Positions 28,455-40,930 of a stretch of DNA of 64,000 nucleotides are shown one piece after another; the first letter of the stretch is position 1, and every line of letters begins with the position of its first letter. A program made the translations under genes and the position numbers. Below the pieces are notes generated by a model, which was given only the letters and a program-made list of their open reading frames with translations, was not told the DNA's origin and did no database searches. Origin of the DNA: Lama glama (lineage: Eukaryota). The stretch lies in NCBI GenBank assembly GCA_028534125.1, contig CM052816.1:54376001-54440000 (forward strand), given 5' to 3'.

Positions 28455-28865
28455 AAAGCTGGGCAAAAGATTTGAAAAAAGAAATTCTCAGAAGAGAAAA
28501 TACCAATATCAAGGGATGCTCAGTCTTCAGTAATCAGGAGAATAAAACTTTCCAATTACAATGAGTTGCTATGTCACAACCAGCTTTTCTTTGATCAGCA
28601 GGGTAGTAGAACCAGGAAGGCACAGACTATCTGGCATGGGCAAGGAGGAGACCCCCACGAAGTCATACACCATTGATGGAGGTGTGAATTGGTTCAGCCA
28701 CACTGCAGAACACTGGGGATTTCTACTAAAGACAAAGAAATGTACGTCCTACAATCCACCTCCTATGTGGCTTGATCTCTAGCATACATGAGGAGGCACT
28801 TACAAGAATATCTGGAGCATATTTATAACCAAAATTTGAAAACAGCTTAATTTACAGTCCATGGT

Positions 28866-29018
28866 GGGAGGGTATAGCTCAAGTCGGGGGAGGGTATAGT
28901 TCAAGTGGTAGAGTGCATGCTTAGCATACACAAGGTCCTGGGTTCAATCCCCAGTACCTCCTCTAAAACTAAACAAGTAAACCTAATTACTTCCCCCCAC
29001 CAAAAAATTAAAAAAAAA
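28866..29018 (+). mobile_element. tRNA-Ala-derived SINE (camelid vic-1 type) with duplicated head
   Basis: gggagggtatagttcaagtggtagagtgcatgcttagcatacacaaggtcctgggttcaatccccagtacctcc, with A box, B box (GGTTCAATCC) and an A-rich tail. Confidence 0.88.
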
Positions 29019-29889
29019 GGTATGTCCACAATCCATTATTGTATACTACTAGAACAATTAATGTATCGAGAAATATCCATACAATGGAATCTTATACCAC
29101 AATGAAAATAAATCCACTAACGCTATGCATTCAGAATGGATGACTCAAACATCAAGCAAAATAAGCCTTAGAAGAATACATATGTTAGAAAACCACCTAT
29201 GGTTTTAAAATGTTTAAAACAATACTGAATACAGTTTAGGAATATATTATAATAGTACAAAGAAATGCTTATAAGTTCCCAGTTGAGGGAGGTGGTCCTG
29301 CTGGTGAAGAAGGGGATGTATTCAGGGAAGAAAATACCAGGGGCTTCGAGTATTGTTCATTATCCATTTTTTTTAAGCAGTGAATAGTGAGTACATAGAT
29401 GTTTACAGAACTATATTTTCTGGTTGGTTGATATCTTAAATACCACAAAATAAATTTAAAATACAATTTTTTGGGAAAAGTCTATTTTGTATTTTGGGGT
29501 TAACATTCATTGAGCAGTAGTCACTATATAAATATTCTATATATGCTATTTTTTTCTAGTAAAGCCTTTATTGGGTAACATAAGATGCTGTATTTAAAAT
29601 TCCTCAGAATATGGATAGAGTTTCCCTGAAACTTGGTAAAATGAAATCATAGGAAACGGGGCTGGGACTCAGGGGATCTTGTTCAAAATTGCTCTGTGCC
29701 TTGGTGAGAAGAGAGAACTGACAACCCACTCTCCACATGCACCATCCCATGTAACAGGCACAGCAGTCCCACTGCCTTAAAGCTAAAGAAGTTAAAGCTC
29801 CAGGGTTGCACTACTCATTCGAGGGCTGGAGTTGAGATGCAAGCCCAGACCTGCCTTACTGGGACGGAGTGTCATGCATTTATATATTC

Positions 29890-30090
29890 ACTTACGTCTC
29901 ACTTGTTCCAGAAAGGGTTTAAGACGGTAGGTATACAAAGAGGCTTTAAGTAAAAGCTGTAAAATACTTATAAACAAGGTGTGGAAGATCTGGTCGAGCA
30001 CAGGGAAGATGAAGCAAGTGGGGAGATCAGTACACGTCACATCTGTCACAGCCAATGCAGTCAGTGCAGTGAAGGAGAGACGTGACCCGC
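29890..30090 (-). promoter_or_regulatory. Candidate intronic promoter / short 5' exon (CCAAT, TGACGT, TATA-like, two donors)
   Basis: AGCCAATGC at 30050-30058; minus-strand TGACGT at 30034-30039; TTTATAAG at 29967-29974; donors CAA|gtgaga (exon end 29903) and GAC|gtaagt (exon end 29896). Locally raised CpG. Confidence 0.3.
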
Positions 30091-32927
30091 AGGTGCCCCC
30101 AGGCGCTGGACCAGACACAGCAGTGCGCTTTGCAGCACCGCGCCTCATGATGCCCCCCACCCCGTGCCGTCCCCCAGTCCCCACTGTCACTGCTGGGGAC
30201 AAGGCTGTTCTTTCTTAAGAAGTACTGCTACTATGTTCCGTGAGCCTCACTGGACGAGTGGAGAAGAGGATGATGAATCCCACGGTGCTTGGACAGAGGC
30301 CACCTTCTGGTTAGCACTGAAATGGTCATTAATGATAAACGCAGATGACATCCCCAAGGCCTTCAGATCCACACAGACAAGGTGGCCAGCAGAGTCTAAC
30401 GGAGCAGCAGTCCTCCGCAGAAGTATCAGATGAAGGAGAAATTATCTAAATAACATAGTCGTTTCATCTACAGCCATCAGAAAAGAACTCAGCCTGCTGT
30501 CAACTATGTGTTAACAAAGGAAGAAAAAAAAGATCTAGTACACAATCCATGAAATGGCGAGCATCCGAAGGAGGCTGGCACAAGGACGCCTCAGAGAGAA
30601 TTAGCTGAGGGGGGAAACCCTCATGCACTATAGAATTATGATTATATCAAAAGGCTTTACATCTTAGGGGCCGTGCAAGACTCGCAGCGTCAAGCATTAT
30701 TAACCTAACAATTCAGCCGCGGTGTCACCGGGCCGGGCATGTGTGTAAACATAACACCGTTTCCAGATTCCAAAGGTCAATCCCAGAGCCTGACTTGGAG
30801 AACAGAGGAATTTAAAGGCAACTGCAAAACGTGACATCCTTCAACTAACTTCCTTCCTTTTATTAGGGATATTACTGATAATAGAAACAGCCGGATGACT
30901 TCAAGCCTTTAAAATTACATTGTGCAACAGAGGACGAGCAAAGAACGTCGATCTCTGATTACTCAGGAGGCAATTATCCGGACTGTGGAAAAACCCAAGC
31001 ACTTTTGATGCTGTTCCATCCTGCTATGCCTTCTCCTTAACATTACATGAATTTGAGAGAAAGTGGGGAGGATGATACTCAACTCAGCCAGTTCTGCTAC
31101 ATGGTCAGCAGTTCTGGTAAATAGATTTGATGGGCAAGGAAACAGAAACCATCTGCTGAAAATGAGTTTTAGAGATTTCCTGTGGATTTCAATTATCCAT
31201 GCTGCCGCTGTTCTCAGTATTACCATTGCTAAGCTCGGACTGCCTTAGAGAACCAGCAGCCCAATGTCTTCCCTGCTTGGCTCCGGGGGAATCTCACACT
31301 AGAGCCCCAGTGACCGTGAAGCGACTCTGAAGTTTCAGCCACATCTAGTACCACACCAGAATTCAACCACGCTCGCTTTCCTGACTCTGGCGTGGCAGGG
31401 CCACTCACACGGGGTGGACTGCCACCGTCAGACCCTGAGTCCACGGATTGCAGGGATGCCAGGGGTGAAGACTCCGTGTGGAGTGTTGACTCCCATTTAA
31501 AAGCTAATCCCATTTCAACAAATCCCATTTAAAAGTAAGAAACTGGTGAGAAGTCACCCACAAAATGCAAATGCCCACTTTTTTGAAAAGGAATTTTACT
31601 TCCCTGGCAAAAATGAACAGTCATTCATAAAATGCACAGTGCACATCCTAAAGATGTAAAATCTAATGATCTACTGTATTGTACAATTCGAACCACAACA
31701 TTTTTAGAAGCTTACCATCCAGACAGCTGCCCCTGAGACCAGCAGGCCGTACCCTGGAAGGCCCCGGGCCCTGCATCGCTCCCCGCCCCTCCACCGCTTA
31801 TCTATCGAAGGCACTCATGGCAGGGGCTGGGGGGCAGGTCCTCACTGTGCTTGGCCCTCTGGGTCCACCGCAGCTTACATCAAAAGCCAAGATGCTCAAT
31901 AAAAAAAAGTGAAAAAAAAAAGCTAAGGTGAATAAAAAAAAAAAGAAAAAAAAAGCCAAACCAAGGTGGTAACACCAACACCCACAACCTTATTTCTTAA
32001 AAAAAAAAAAAAAAAGGTATTTTTTTAAGATTCAGGGAGGAAGACAGGGGAGCACCGTGAGGGTGGAAACTCTACGGGCGTGTGGCTGAGCTGAGGAAGG
32101 GTGCCCAGGGCAGCGCCCGCCCTTCCCCCAGAAACCCAGAGAGTCAGAAAGAGGCAGAGAAAGAGAGAAAACTCTCAAGCCCAGCAAAAGATTAGGTAAG
32201 TTCCCAAAGGTCATTTTCTATTCAACCGAAATACATTTCCTTACTTTTTATCCTATCTTGGACCCTCGCACAGCTTCCTCTTCTCTTGGCTGGACAACAG
32301 GCTGAGTGACGTGCTCTCGTCTGACTGAGGAATGGAAGCAAAAGGCTCCCGTTTGCTCTTATTTGAAAGTTCTGCCCACGTGCTCCTTCTGATGAGCCTC
32401 AGGCTCTCACCTCTCCGTGCTCCTGTTAAATACCTTCACCTGAGAGCACAGCGCTCTGCAATCAATTCAACAACGGTGGTAAGCAGCAAGCCCGAGGTAC
32501 TTGCAGGGTGCCATGGAAACTCAGGCGAGATGCACGTAGCTCCCCGTGGGAATCCAGGCAGACTCCTAGGAAATCACACCGGAGTTCAGTGATGGAGGCG
32601 GCGTGAGGCTGCGGCAGGTGAAGACCAGTGGAAAGGGGCAATTCAGGCGTCAGAATACCACGAGGAACAGTAAAGGACAGAGTTGCTGTGGATGACCACA
32701 AGCAGTGTGGGTCTGTGGATGAGACAATGAGGCTGGAGAGGGAGGTAGGAGCCAGGTCACAGGTCACAGCCCTGTGTGGTGAGAAGCACGGGCTTGTGAG
32801 GAAGACAAAGGGGCAGCCCTGTTGGATGAGTATTTGGCTGGATCATTCTGGTTGAAGTGTGGAGAGATTAAGGAGGTCCAGACTGGAAGACCAGAAACCG
32901 GAAAGGAGCTGCTGCCATGATCCAGCC

Positions 32928-33108
32928 CAGTGGGTCTCAAAGTGTGGTCCCTGAACCAGCAGCAGCAGCACCCAGGACTTACTAGCAACGGAAAAGCTCA
33001 GGCCCACCCAAGACTTGCTGAGTCAGGAACTTGGGGGTGGGCCCAGCAAGTGTGAACTGACTGGCTCTCCAGGTGACTGTGATATTTGCTAACGTTTGAG
33101 AACCACTG
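32928..33108 (+). mobile_element. hAT-Charlie MITE (MER5A-like) within L2 remnants
   Basis: TIRs CAGTGGGTCTCAAA / TTTGAGAACCACTG; internal gtgtggtccctgaaccagcagcagcagcacc. Confidence 0.85.
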
Positions 33109-34169
33109 GGTAGACAAGAGGTGAGTGGTGCCTGCACTAGAAACAGAGGTGGGGTTAGAAGCGGATGAATTTGAGGCAGGTTTAGGTCATAAAATCAACT
33201 GAGATGTGTGGGCGAAGGAGGGGAAAGAGGGAAATTCAAGGATTTTGGTTTGAGGGACTAGGTGGAGCTGGCAAGATGTCAAGCAGGCTTGCAGAGGGAT
33301 GATGAGTTATGTGCTGGATGTGTGGAGTTTGAAATGCCTCTGGGCCATCCGACTTGTCAGGCTGTGGGACAAATGAGAAGGAAGCTCAGGGAACACCACC
33401 ACCAGCTCAGAGGAGAGGTGGTTAAAAACATGCCATCACTCAGCAGGAGACCAGAGGCAGAACTCTGGAGACACCAGTATCAGAGGGCCAAGGAGAGGCA
33501 GGGAGGCCTACAGAAGAACTAGAAAGAGGAAAAAGAGAAGAAAAAGGGAAACAAGCTGGCTGTCCCTCCAGTACCTCCACAGGGCAGAGCTAAGTAGGTT
33601 TTGTCCTCCTGACTTAATATTAGGGGATCTCTTTACATAACTCACCAGCATCAATTAGAGAAAACCAATACATGCTTATCTCAAGAGATGCCAACGTGGC
33701 ATTTTGATAAAATCCAACATTGATTTAAAAAGTTCCTTTACTGACAGCTCCCTCTTCTCTCTTCCTAGGGGTCCTGACTCCTGTTTGGGGATCCATGTGG
33801 TTCTAAAGAAAACATGTCAATTTATACGCCTATGGCTAACTATTTGATTTCCCCGGCTGCAGTGACTGGTGAGAGGTAGTCAAGTGAGTTAGGCCGGTCC
33901 AATCAAAGTTTTATCTCAGGAATTTTGCTAGTAATGCTGAGAAAAGGCTGTTTCTCTCCCCCTCTCTTTCTCTAATTCTCTCCCTGGTTCTCAAAACGAA
34001 CATTCCTTCAACAAATGTTGGCTGACAATCCACTATATTCTAGTCAACATGAGGGGGCAAACATTGCTTACTACTATACAAGCTAATAGACAGTGCGATT
34101 TGGATTTGAACTCAGGCTCCCTGCCTTCAAAACCTGTGCTTTCACATATGACATCACATGCCAGACTAC

Positions 34170-35070
34170 CTGAGTGTCGTCAAAGAAGACTGACATAAAT
34201 GGAATGATATGCTACCTTCCCGGATGGGATGCCAGGATTTAAAAAGTGTCAGGTCTCCCCTAAATCAAATAATATGTTAATTTCTATAAATATCTGGGCA
34301 GAGCTTTTTTAATTTGTAAAATGATTCTCTAATCCACATGGAAGAATAACTGCCAGCACCTGGCTAACAAAATTATGAAAGAAGAGTTACTTTGCTCCGC
34401 CAGATGTAACAATAGATTTCAAAGATAAACACCAAAACAGTGTTTGTAAGTGTGGTCCTAGCAGAGAGTTTGATGAAATATAACAGAAAGCTTAGGAACA
34501 TACACACAAACATGAACATATATGTGAATATATACACTTTTCAGTTCTTAGTTTTTTTGTTATCTTTCATTGATCCCTCTGTTAGTACCATGCTGTTCTA
34601 AAAGTATGACTTTAGTGAACAGTAAAAGTGTGATTTTATATTAGTGGGGAAGAAGTGAATAGATAATCCAATAATCTCAATAGTAATAGGATAAATGGTT
34701 AACATGTGAAAAAAATTAAGGTAGCTCCATGAATCATGATATATATCCAAATTACTTCCAGATGAATTAAAATTTTAAATGAAAAATATGAGAATGTTGA
34801 AAAAATATGTAATTGAACACATATCATTCAAGGGCCTAGAAGGCCCTGCTAAGAATAATATCAAAGACATAAACACTGAAGGAATAATTGTTAGATTTTT
34901 AATAATAAAAATAAATATATAAAAAGCATAATAAATATAAAAATACAAAACAAAGAAATAATATTAGTAATATATGATGGAAATGGAGTTAGCATCCTTA
35001 CAAGAGTTTTTAAAAACTCTAATCAGACAATTAGAAAAAAGGCAGGCATCCCAATTTAAAAATGCAACAG
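34170..35070 (+). mobile_element. Ancient degenerate L1 ORF2 fragment
   Basis: caaagaagactgacataaatggaatgatatgc, atgattctctaatccacatggaagaataa, aaattacttccagatgaattaaaattttaaatg motifs. Confidence 0.65.
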
Positions 35071-35598
35071 TATGAAAAAATGCTCAATATCACTAATTAT
35101 CAGAGAAACGCAAATCAAAACTACAATGAGGTATCACCTCACACCAGTCAGAACGGCCATCACTCAAAAGTCCACAAATGAGAAATGCTGGAGAGGCTGT
35201 GGACAAAAGGGAACCCTCCTACACTGCTGGTGGGAATGTAGTTTGGTGCAGCCACTGTGGAAAACAGTATGGAGATTCCTCAAAAGACTAGGAATAGACT
35301 TACCGTATGACTCAGAATCCCACTCCTGGGCATATATCCAGAAGGAACCCTACTTCAAAATGACACCTGCACCCCAATGTTCATAGCAGCGCTATTTACA
35401 ATAGCCAAGACGTGGAAACAGCCTAAATGTCCATCAACAGATGACTGGATAAGGAAGTTGTGGTATATTTATACAGTGGAATACTATTCAGCCATAAAAA
35501 CAACAACATAACACCATTTGCAGGAACATGGATGTCCCTGGAGAATATCATTCTAAGTGAAGTAAGCCAGAAAGAGAAAGAAAAATACCATATGAAAT
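35071..35598 (+). mobile_element. Young L1 ORF2 3' region, truncated by assembly gap
   Basis: [27 protein letters not shown]...[34 protein letters not shown] (ORF2 cysteine-rich region); runs into Ns. Confidence 0.92.
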
Positions 35599-36098
35599 NN
35601 NNNNNNNNNNNNNNNNNNNNNNNNNNNNNNNNNNNNNNNNNNNNNNNNNNNNNNNNNNNNNNNNNNNNNNNNNNNNNNNNNNNNNNNNNNNNNNNNNNNN
35701 NNNNNNNNNNNNNNNNNNNNNNNNNNNNNNNNNNNNNNNNNNNNNNNNNNNNNNNNNNNNNNNNNNNNNNNNNNNNNNNNNNNNNNNNNNNNNNNNNNNN
35801 NNNNNNNNNNNNNNNNNNNNNNNNNNNNNNNNNNNNNNNNNNNNNNNNNNNNNNNNNNNNNNNNNNNNNNNNNNNNNNNNNNNNNNNNNNNNNNNNNNNN
35901 NNNNNNNNNNNNNNNNNNNNNNNNNNNNNNNNNNNNNNNNNNNNNNNNNNNNNNNNNNNNNNNNNNNNNNNNNNNNNNNNNNNNNNNNNNNNNNNNNNNN
36001 NNNNNNNNNNNNNNNNNNNNNNNNNNNNNNNNNNNNNNNNNNNNNNNNNNNNNNNNNNNNNNNNNNNNNNNNNNNNNNNNNNNNNNNNNNNNNNNNNN
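35599..36098. other. Assembly gap (500 N)
   Basis: Run of Ns of fixed length between two L1 ends. Confidence 0.99.
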
Positions 36099-36730
36099 CT
36101 CCTGGGCATATATCCAGGAGGAACCTTAAAAAGATACATGCACCCCACTGTTCATAGCAGCACTATTTACAATAGCCAAGATATGGAAACAACCTAAACG
36201 TCCATTGACAGATGACTGGATAAAGAAATTGTGGTATATTAATACAATAGAATATTACTCAGCCATAAAAAATAATAAAATAATGCCATTTGCAGTAACA
36301 TGGATGGACCTGGAGACTGTCATTCTAACTGAAGTAAGCCAGAAAGAGAAGGAAAAATAACATATGAGATCGCTTACATGCAGAATCTTAACAAAAAAAG
36401 ACAAATGAACTTATTTACACAACAGAAACAGACTCACAGAAATAGAAAACTTATGGTTACTGGTGGGGAAAGGGGGTGGGAAGGGATAAATTGGGAGTTT
36501 GAGATTTGCAGACACTAACTACTATATATAAAATAGATAAACAAGTTTATACTGTATAGCACAGGGAACTGTATTCAATATCTTATAGTAACCTGTAATG
36601 AAAAAGAATATGAAAAAAAATATATGTTCATGTATGACTGAAGCATTATGCTATACACCAGAAATTGACACATTGTAAACTGACTATACTTCAATAAAAA
36701 AATTTTTTTAAACTTAAAAAAGAAGAAAAA
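36099..36730 (+). mobile_element. L1 3' end of a different subfamily (ORF2 end + 3'UTR + polyA)
   Basis: LLGIYP...[18 protein letters not shown] sequence; 3'UTR differs from the young copies (gggagtttgagatttgcagacactaactac); ends cttcaataaaaaa. Confidence 0.88.
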
Positions 36731-36950
36731 AGAGTGAACCCTAATGTAAACTGTGGACTTTGGGTGATAATGACGTGTCAATCTAGGTTCACCAACTGTA
36801 AAAAATGTACCCTCTGGTGGGACAGGGTGATAATGGGGAAGTCTGTGCACACGTAGGGATGGGGTGGGGTATATGGAAACTCTCTGACTTTCTATTCAGT
36901 TTTGTTGTAAATCTAAACTGCTCTAAAAAATAAGGTCTATTAAAAAATAA
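36731..36950 (+). mobile_element. Ancient L1M-type 3'UTR fragment
   Basis: agagtgaaccctaatgtaaactgtggactttgggtgataatg...ctaaactgctctaaaaaataaggtctatt is typical of mammalian-wide L1 3' ends. Confidence 0.75.
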
Positions 36951-38334
36951 ACCACTGCAGTGCTTACTTACATAATGTAAAAGACATGCAAAAAACTTGT
37001 ATTCTCATCAATAATATATTTACACTTTTATTATTAAAATACATTTCAATTATGTGGAACTTATCAAACTCCTAGTCTGAGGGAATGAAGTGTTTATCTC
37101 TGGCCCAGCTTGGACAGCTCTGGGGGAGTCACCTCTGCAAAGGAACCCGTAGCAAGCACTTTCTAAGGTCAGTATCATAACACAACACTTTGCTTTTATG
37201 GTTCCATCAACTGGGGATTCAGAACAGGCTGAGCCTCAGCCTTCTGAGGAAGCCTGGCTCTCCTGCCACATCCGGCTACTGCCTCTGGCCACCAGGCAGA
37301 GGTTTTGATTTCTAACTTTCCTGAGTCAGCTGGACATTGCTCCATTAGGACTCAGAATTTGCTGTCAGGGAAGATGACTCACAGCTAACAGCCTTTCCCA
37401 AAACTCCAGCTGCAGCTCTACCAGTGAGTGTCACTGGCACTGCCTTCTGAATGGAAGCAGAAGGGCCCAGAGGGTCCCAGGGCCGCCAGGAGGGGCAGCT
37501 CCCAGGAGCACAGTGTGAGAACACCCTCCAGTACTCTCTCCCGTCTGACTTCCAGCCAAGGATGCGTAATGACAGCACGACTGGACCAGCAGACAAATTC
37601 AAACCCAGCTGGCACTGGCTGACTGCCAGCTCTATTCCTGTCCAAGGGGCAGCACAGTGTGGGGGTGACACAGAGCCTGCCTAGAAGTGTCGGTACTCTT
37701 CACACAGTCAGTTGGTCACCTTGGGTCTGGAGCTCCGTGTGTTCTTCTGGGAGGGAGGGGAAGAGTCCTTCATGCTGTCCCTTCTTGGGAAGGTGCATCC
37801 CACAGGCCACAGGGGAAAGGAGAGAGGCTGGGATCACAGGGCCAGGCTGGGGCACTAGCCCTGCTGCATGGCTGGTGCTTGGGGGGACGAGACATGCTTG
37901 TGTCCCAAATCTCAGCGTCTGCCTCTGTCCCAGGGCAGTCTCGTGTGTGTGTGTGTGGGAGGGGTACTCCAACTCTGGAGCCAGACTGTCTAGGACTGCA
38001 TATAGCTCTACTTGCCAAGGGACCTTGGGCAATTACCTAATCTCCTTAAGGTTCCATTTCTTCACCTCTAAGTTGGAAGCCACAGCACCTCTTGGGTTGT
38101 TGTGAGTATTAAATAGGCTACTCTACAAAGTCCTTAGCAGAGTGTCTAAAATGCAAATTAACCAATAATTATCAGCTGCCACACCAGTACCCCCAGATTC
38201 TGACCACCTCAGACTCTACAAATGAGTCCATCTGGCAGGTGGCAGCATGTATGTGTGTGTTGGGGGAGGCACTATACAACAAAAGCAAAAATTACAGTGG
38301 GTCAGATGACAATCAAATGAATCCCCAAATCTGG

Positions 38335-38785
38335 AGCTGGTGGCTGAATAACGTCCTCCAAAGAGATCCAGGTCCTAATCCCTGGAAACTGAAATTTACA
38401 TACACAGCAAAAGTAATCACCTCTTTGCAGAGTGATTAAGTTAATGATCTAGAGATGGGGAGGTTATTCTGGATATCAGGGTGGGCCAGAAATGTAATCA
38501 CAAATGTTTTTGTAAGAGGGAGATTTGACCACAGAAAAGGAAAAGGCAATGTGAGATTAATGTGGCCACAAGCTAAAGAATGCTGGCAGTCACAGAAGCC
38601 AAAAGAGGCAAGAATGAATTCTCCCCTAGACCCTCCAGAAAGTACCAGCTCTGCCAACAACGTGACTTTACTCCGCATGACTAATTTCAGACTTCCGGCT
38701 TCCAGGATCCTAAGAGAACAAAGTTCTGTTGTTTTAAGCCACCAAATCTGTAGTAATTTGTTACAGCAGCAGTAAGAAACTAATA
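38335..38785 (+). mobile_element. MaLR solo LTR (MLT1, probably MLT1D-like)
   Basis: ggctgaataacgtcctccaaagagatccaggtcctaatccctggaa...ctttgcagagtgattaagttaa...gttttaagccaccaaatctgtagtaatttgttacagcagcagtaagaaactaata. Confidence 0.88.
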
Positions 38786-40029
38786 TGTTAGCTTGGAATC
38801 CTGCCATGACTGTACATCCAGCCAGCAGAATGGAGACCTGGGGGAAGAATGCTGGCAAGACCTTCTCAGGGCCACAGCCACATCAGTCAGGATGCAGGGC
38901 TGGGATCATGCATCAGGAAAAGCCAGAATGTGACCAGGAGCTGAGGCAGGGACCAAGTCTCAAGGGCAGAGCTATGATGGAGGACAGCAGGGGACTGGCT
39001 GTCTTCCACACCCAAGCATGCCACACACAGGCTGATGGCAGCAGGCACGAATCCAGACCTTGGCAGGAGGACCTGCACCTATACACGCACGGCCAGCCTC
39101 AGTCAGGATGGGCTCCAGGCCTGCTTCTCAAAGTGCACTCTGGTACAGGCCTGGGAACTGTTATCCAACAGCAATGAGACAGGACAGAAACTGAGAATAA
39201 ATGCTTATAAACTTAGAGCAAGTTGGCATCACCTGCACATTTTTGGAAATCTAATTTTTTTGCTGTTGAATCTTCTAATAAAATATTTCTGCTTGTGTTC
39301 TGTGTGCCTTTTAAAAAAGTCACTTTTCTAATAATCCATCCTGATTGTACTTTATGAGTGCTTGTTTGCAATAAATTGGGAAACACACACACTCACAACA
39401 CTGGTCCTTTACCACCGATAGGGCTCCGACAACCACAGAGCAGGTGTCTGCAGGTGGCAGGGAGGAGGCCTCCGGATGCACAGGTGTGATCCAGACAGCT
39501 GTTCCAGGGGAGGGTTTGCATATGACGGCCTGAAACACAAAGGCCAGATGCCTAGAGGGCAACAAGAAGTGCAGGCTCCAAGAGCTCTCAGTTCTTCCGT
39601 CCCCTGCTTAACACCCATCACCTGCCCTGCCCCAGCCTTGGAAGGGTCCCATCAATCAGGTGATAAAGAGTAAATATAAGGTTCTCAAGGCCATGCATTT
39701 TCTCACCACGGCTTTCCTGCTTAATTAGGTGTTTCCAGTGTATCTGCACTTGCTTGGCGCACATGAACCCAGAGCTGGGGTGCATGCTGGGCGGCAGGAT
39801 GAAGTGCACCCAGTGGGAGACATTGCTACCCAGAACCCAGAAAGGGGAAAATGACTACTTGTGCTGTACAAGTCGTGCCCAGGCTGCTCAAGCTCGGTGC
39901 GGTAGGCTGTTCTGCATCCCTTTTCTCACTGGTGCCTCCAGATACGCCCATGAGACTAAGATTATCATTCTTGTTTTACCGAAAACCCAAAGCTGGCTCA
40001 GAGAGGGTACCGGGTAATAAATCAAAGTA

Positions 40030-40230
40030 AGTCTTCAACTCCCACCTTCATCATTAACCATCTGGGCAACTTTGGAGTTATTGAACCTTTCTAGGCTTCA
40101 GTTTGCATATTTGTAAAATGTGGACAGTAATACCTTCACCACAGGGTTCTTATAATTAAGTAATTAAAGCAATGTCTGGAAAACACTTGACACTTAGCAC
40201 CTAGCCCAAAGTTCCCAATAAATACTGACT
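40030..40230 (+). mobile_element. MIR SINE
   Basis: ttattgaacctttctaggcttcagtttgcatatttgtaaaatgtggacagtaataccttcaccacagggttctt. Confidence 0.65.
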
Positions 40231-40930
40231 TTAAAAAGCAGGGGTGGGGAGAGGGGAGCCACAGCTAAGGCGTGAAGAAGCTCTAAAGACAGAGATTAAA
40301 AGAACATTGCACTAAGAACATCCAGAAGGAAAAATACAGAATAAAATAAAAGTGACTGGCATGGGAATAGCAATTCTAGTTCATCATGCACTGCATTTTG
40401 TAAATGCAACAAAAAGAATTATCCTGTTTACAATCAAATCATCAAAGAATTGGAAATTTGGAATGAAACAAGTTTATTTTTTTTGGTGGTGTCTCCCCAA
40501 ATCTAAACTCCCTCTTCTCATTTTTATTACAAACACACACACATAAGGGCTCCACATAATCAACAGTATTTAGTCCAATGTGATATTAAAATATAATTAC
40601 GGATGGAACAAAAACAATTTAAGAAAGCAATTAAAATGATTTCACAAGCTAGAGTATATTTGTTTTACGTCAGAAGTTTATAGAAATTAAAGCATGAAAC
40701 TGAGCACTGTCACAGTCAGGAGTAACAGGAGCCACAAATTTCGTATCTTCATAGTACTTATTTCAGGTAGGTACATTTCATTCCCTGTATAAACAGGGCA
40801 TTTTTTGAAGTACCAACTTAAACAGGTGTTAATTGGAAAGAGAAATTTAAATGATGATTGATTCAGAATTAATATGCCAAACAATCCACTCAAATATTTG
40901 AAAAGCTTCTCTCTCTTTAAAATAATATGG

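Larger units (their letters stand above)
27690..29470 (+). mobile_element. Ancient L1 host fragment interrupted by a young L1 and a SINE
   Basis: Degenerate ORF2/3'UTR sequence on both sides (ttaaaacttctgttcaccaaaag; gggcaaaagatttgaa; catacaatggaatcttataccacaatgaaaa). Confidence 0.7.

Noticed and set aside
30963..31226. Minus-strand 87-aa ORF as an alternative PDE8B N-terminus
   Set aside because: Ends in an in-frame TGA just before a weak GT, so it cannot splice in frame to exon 2.
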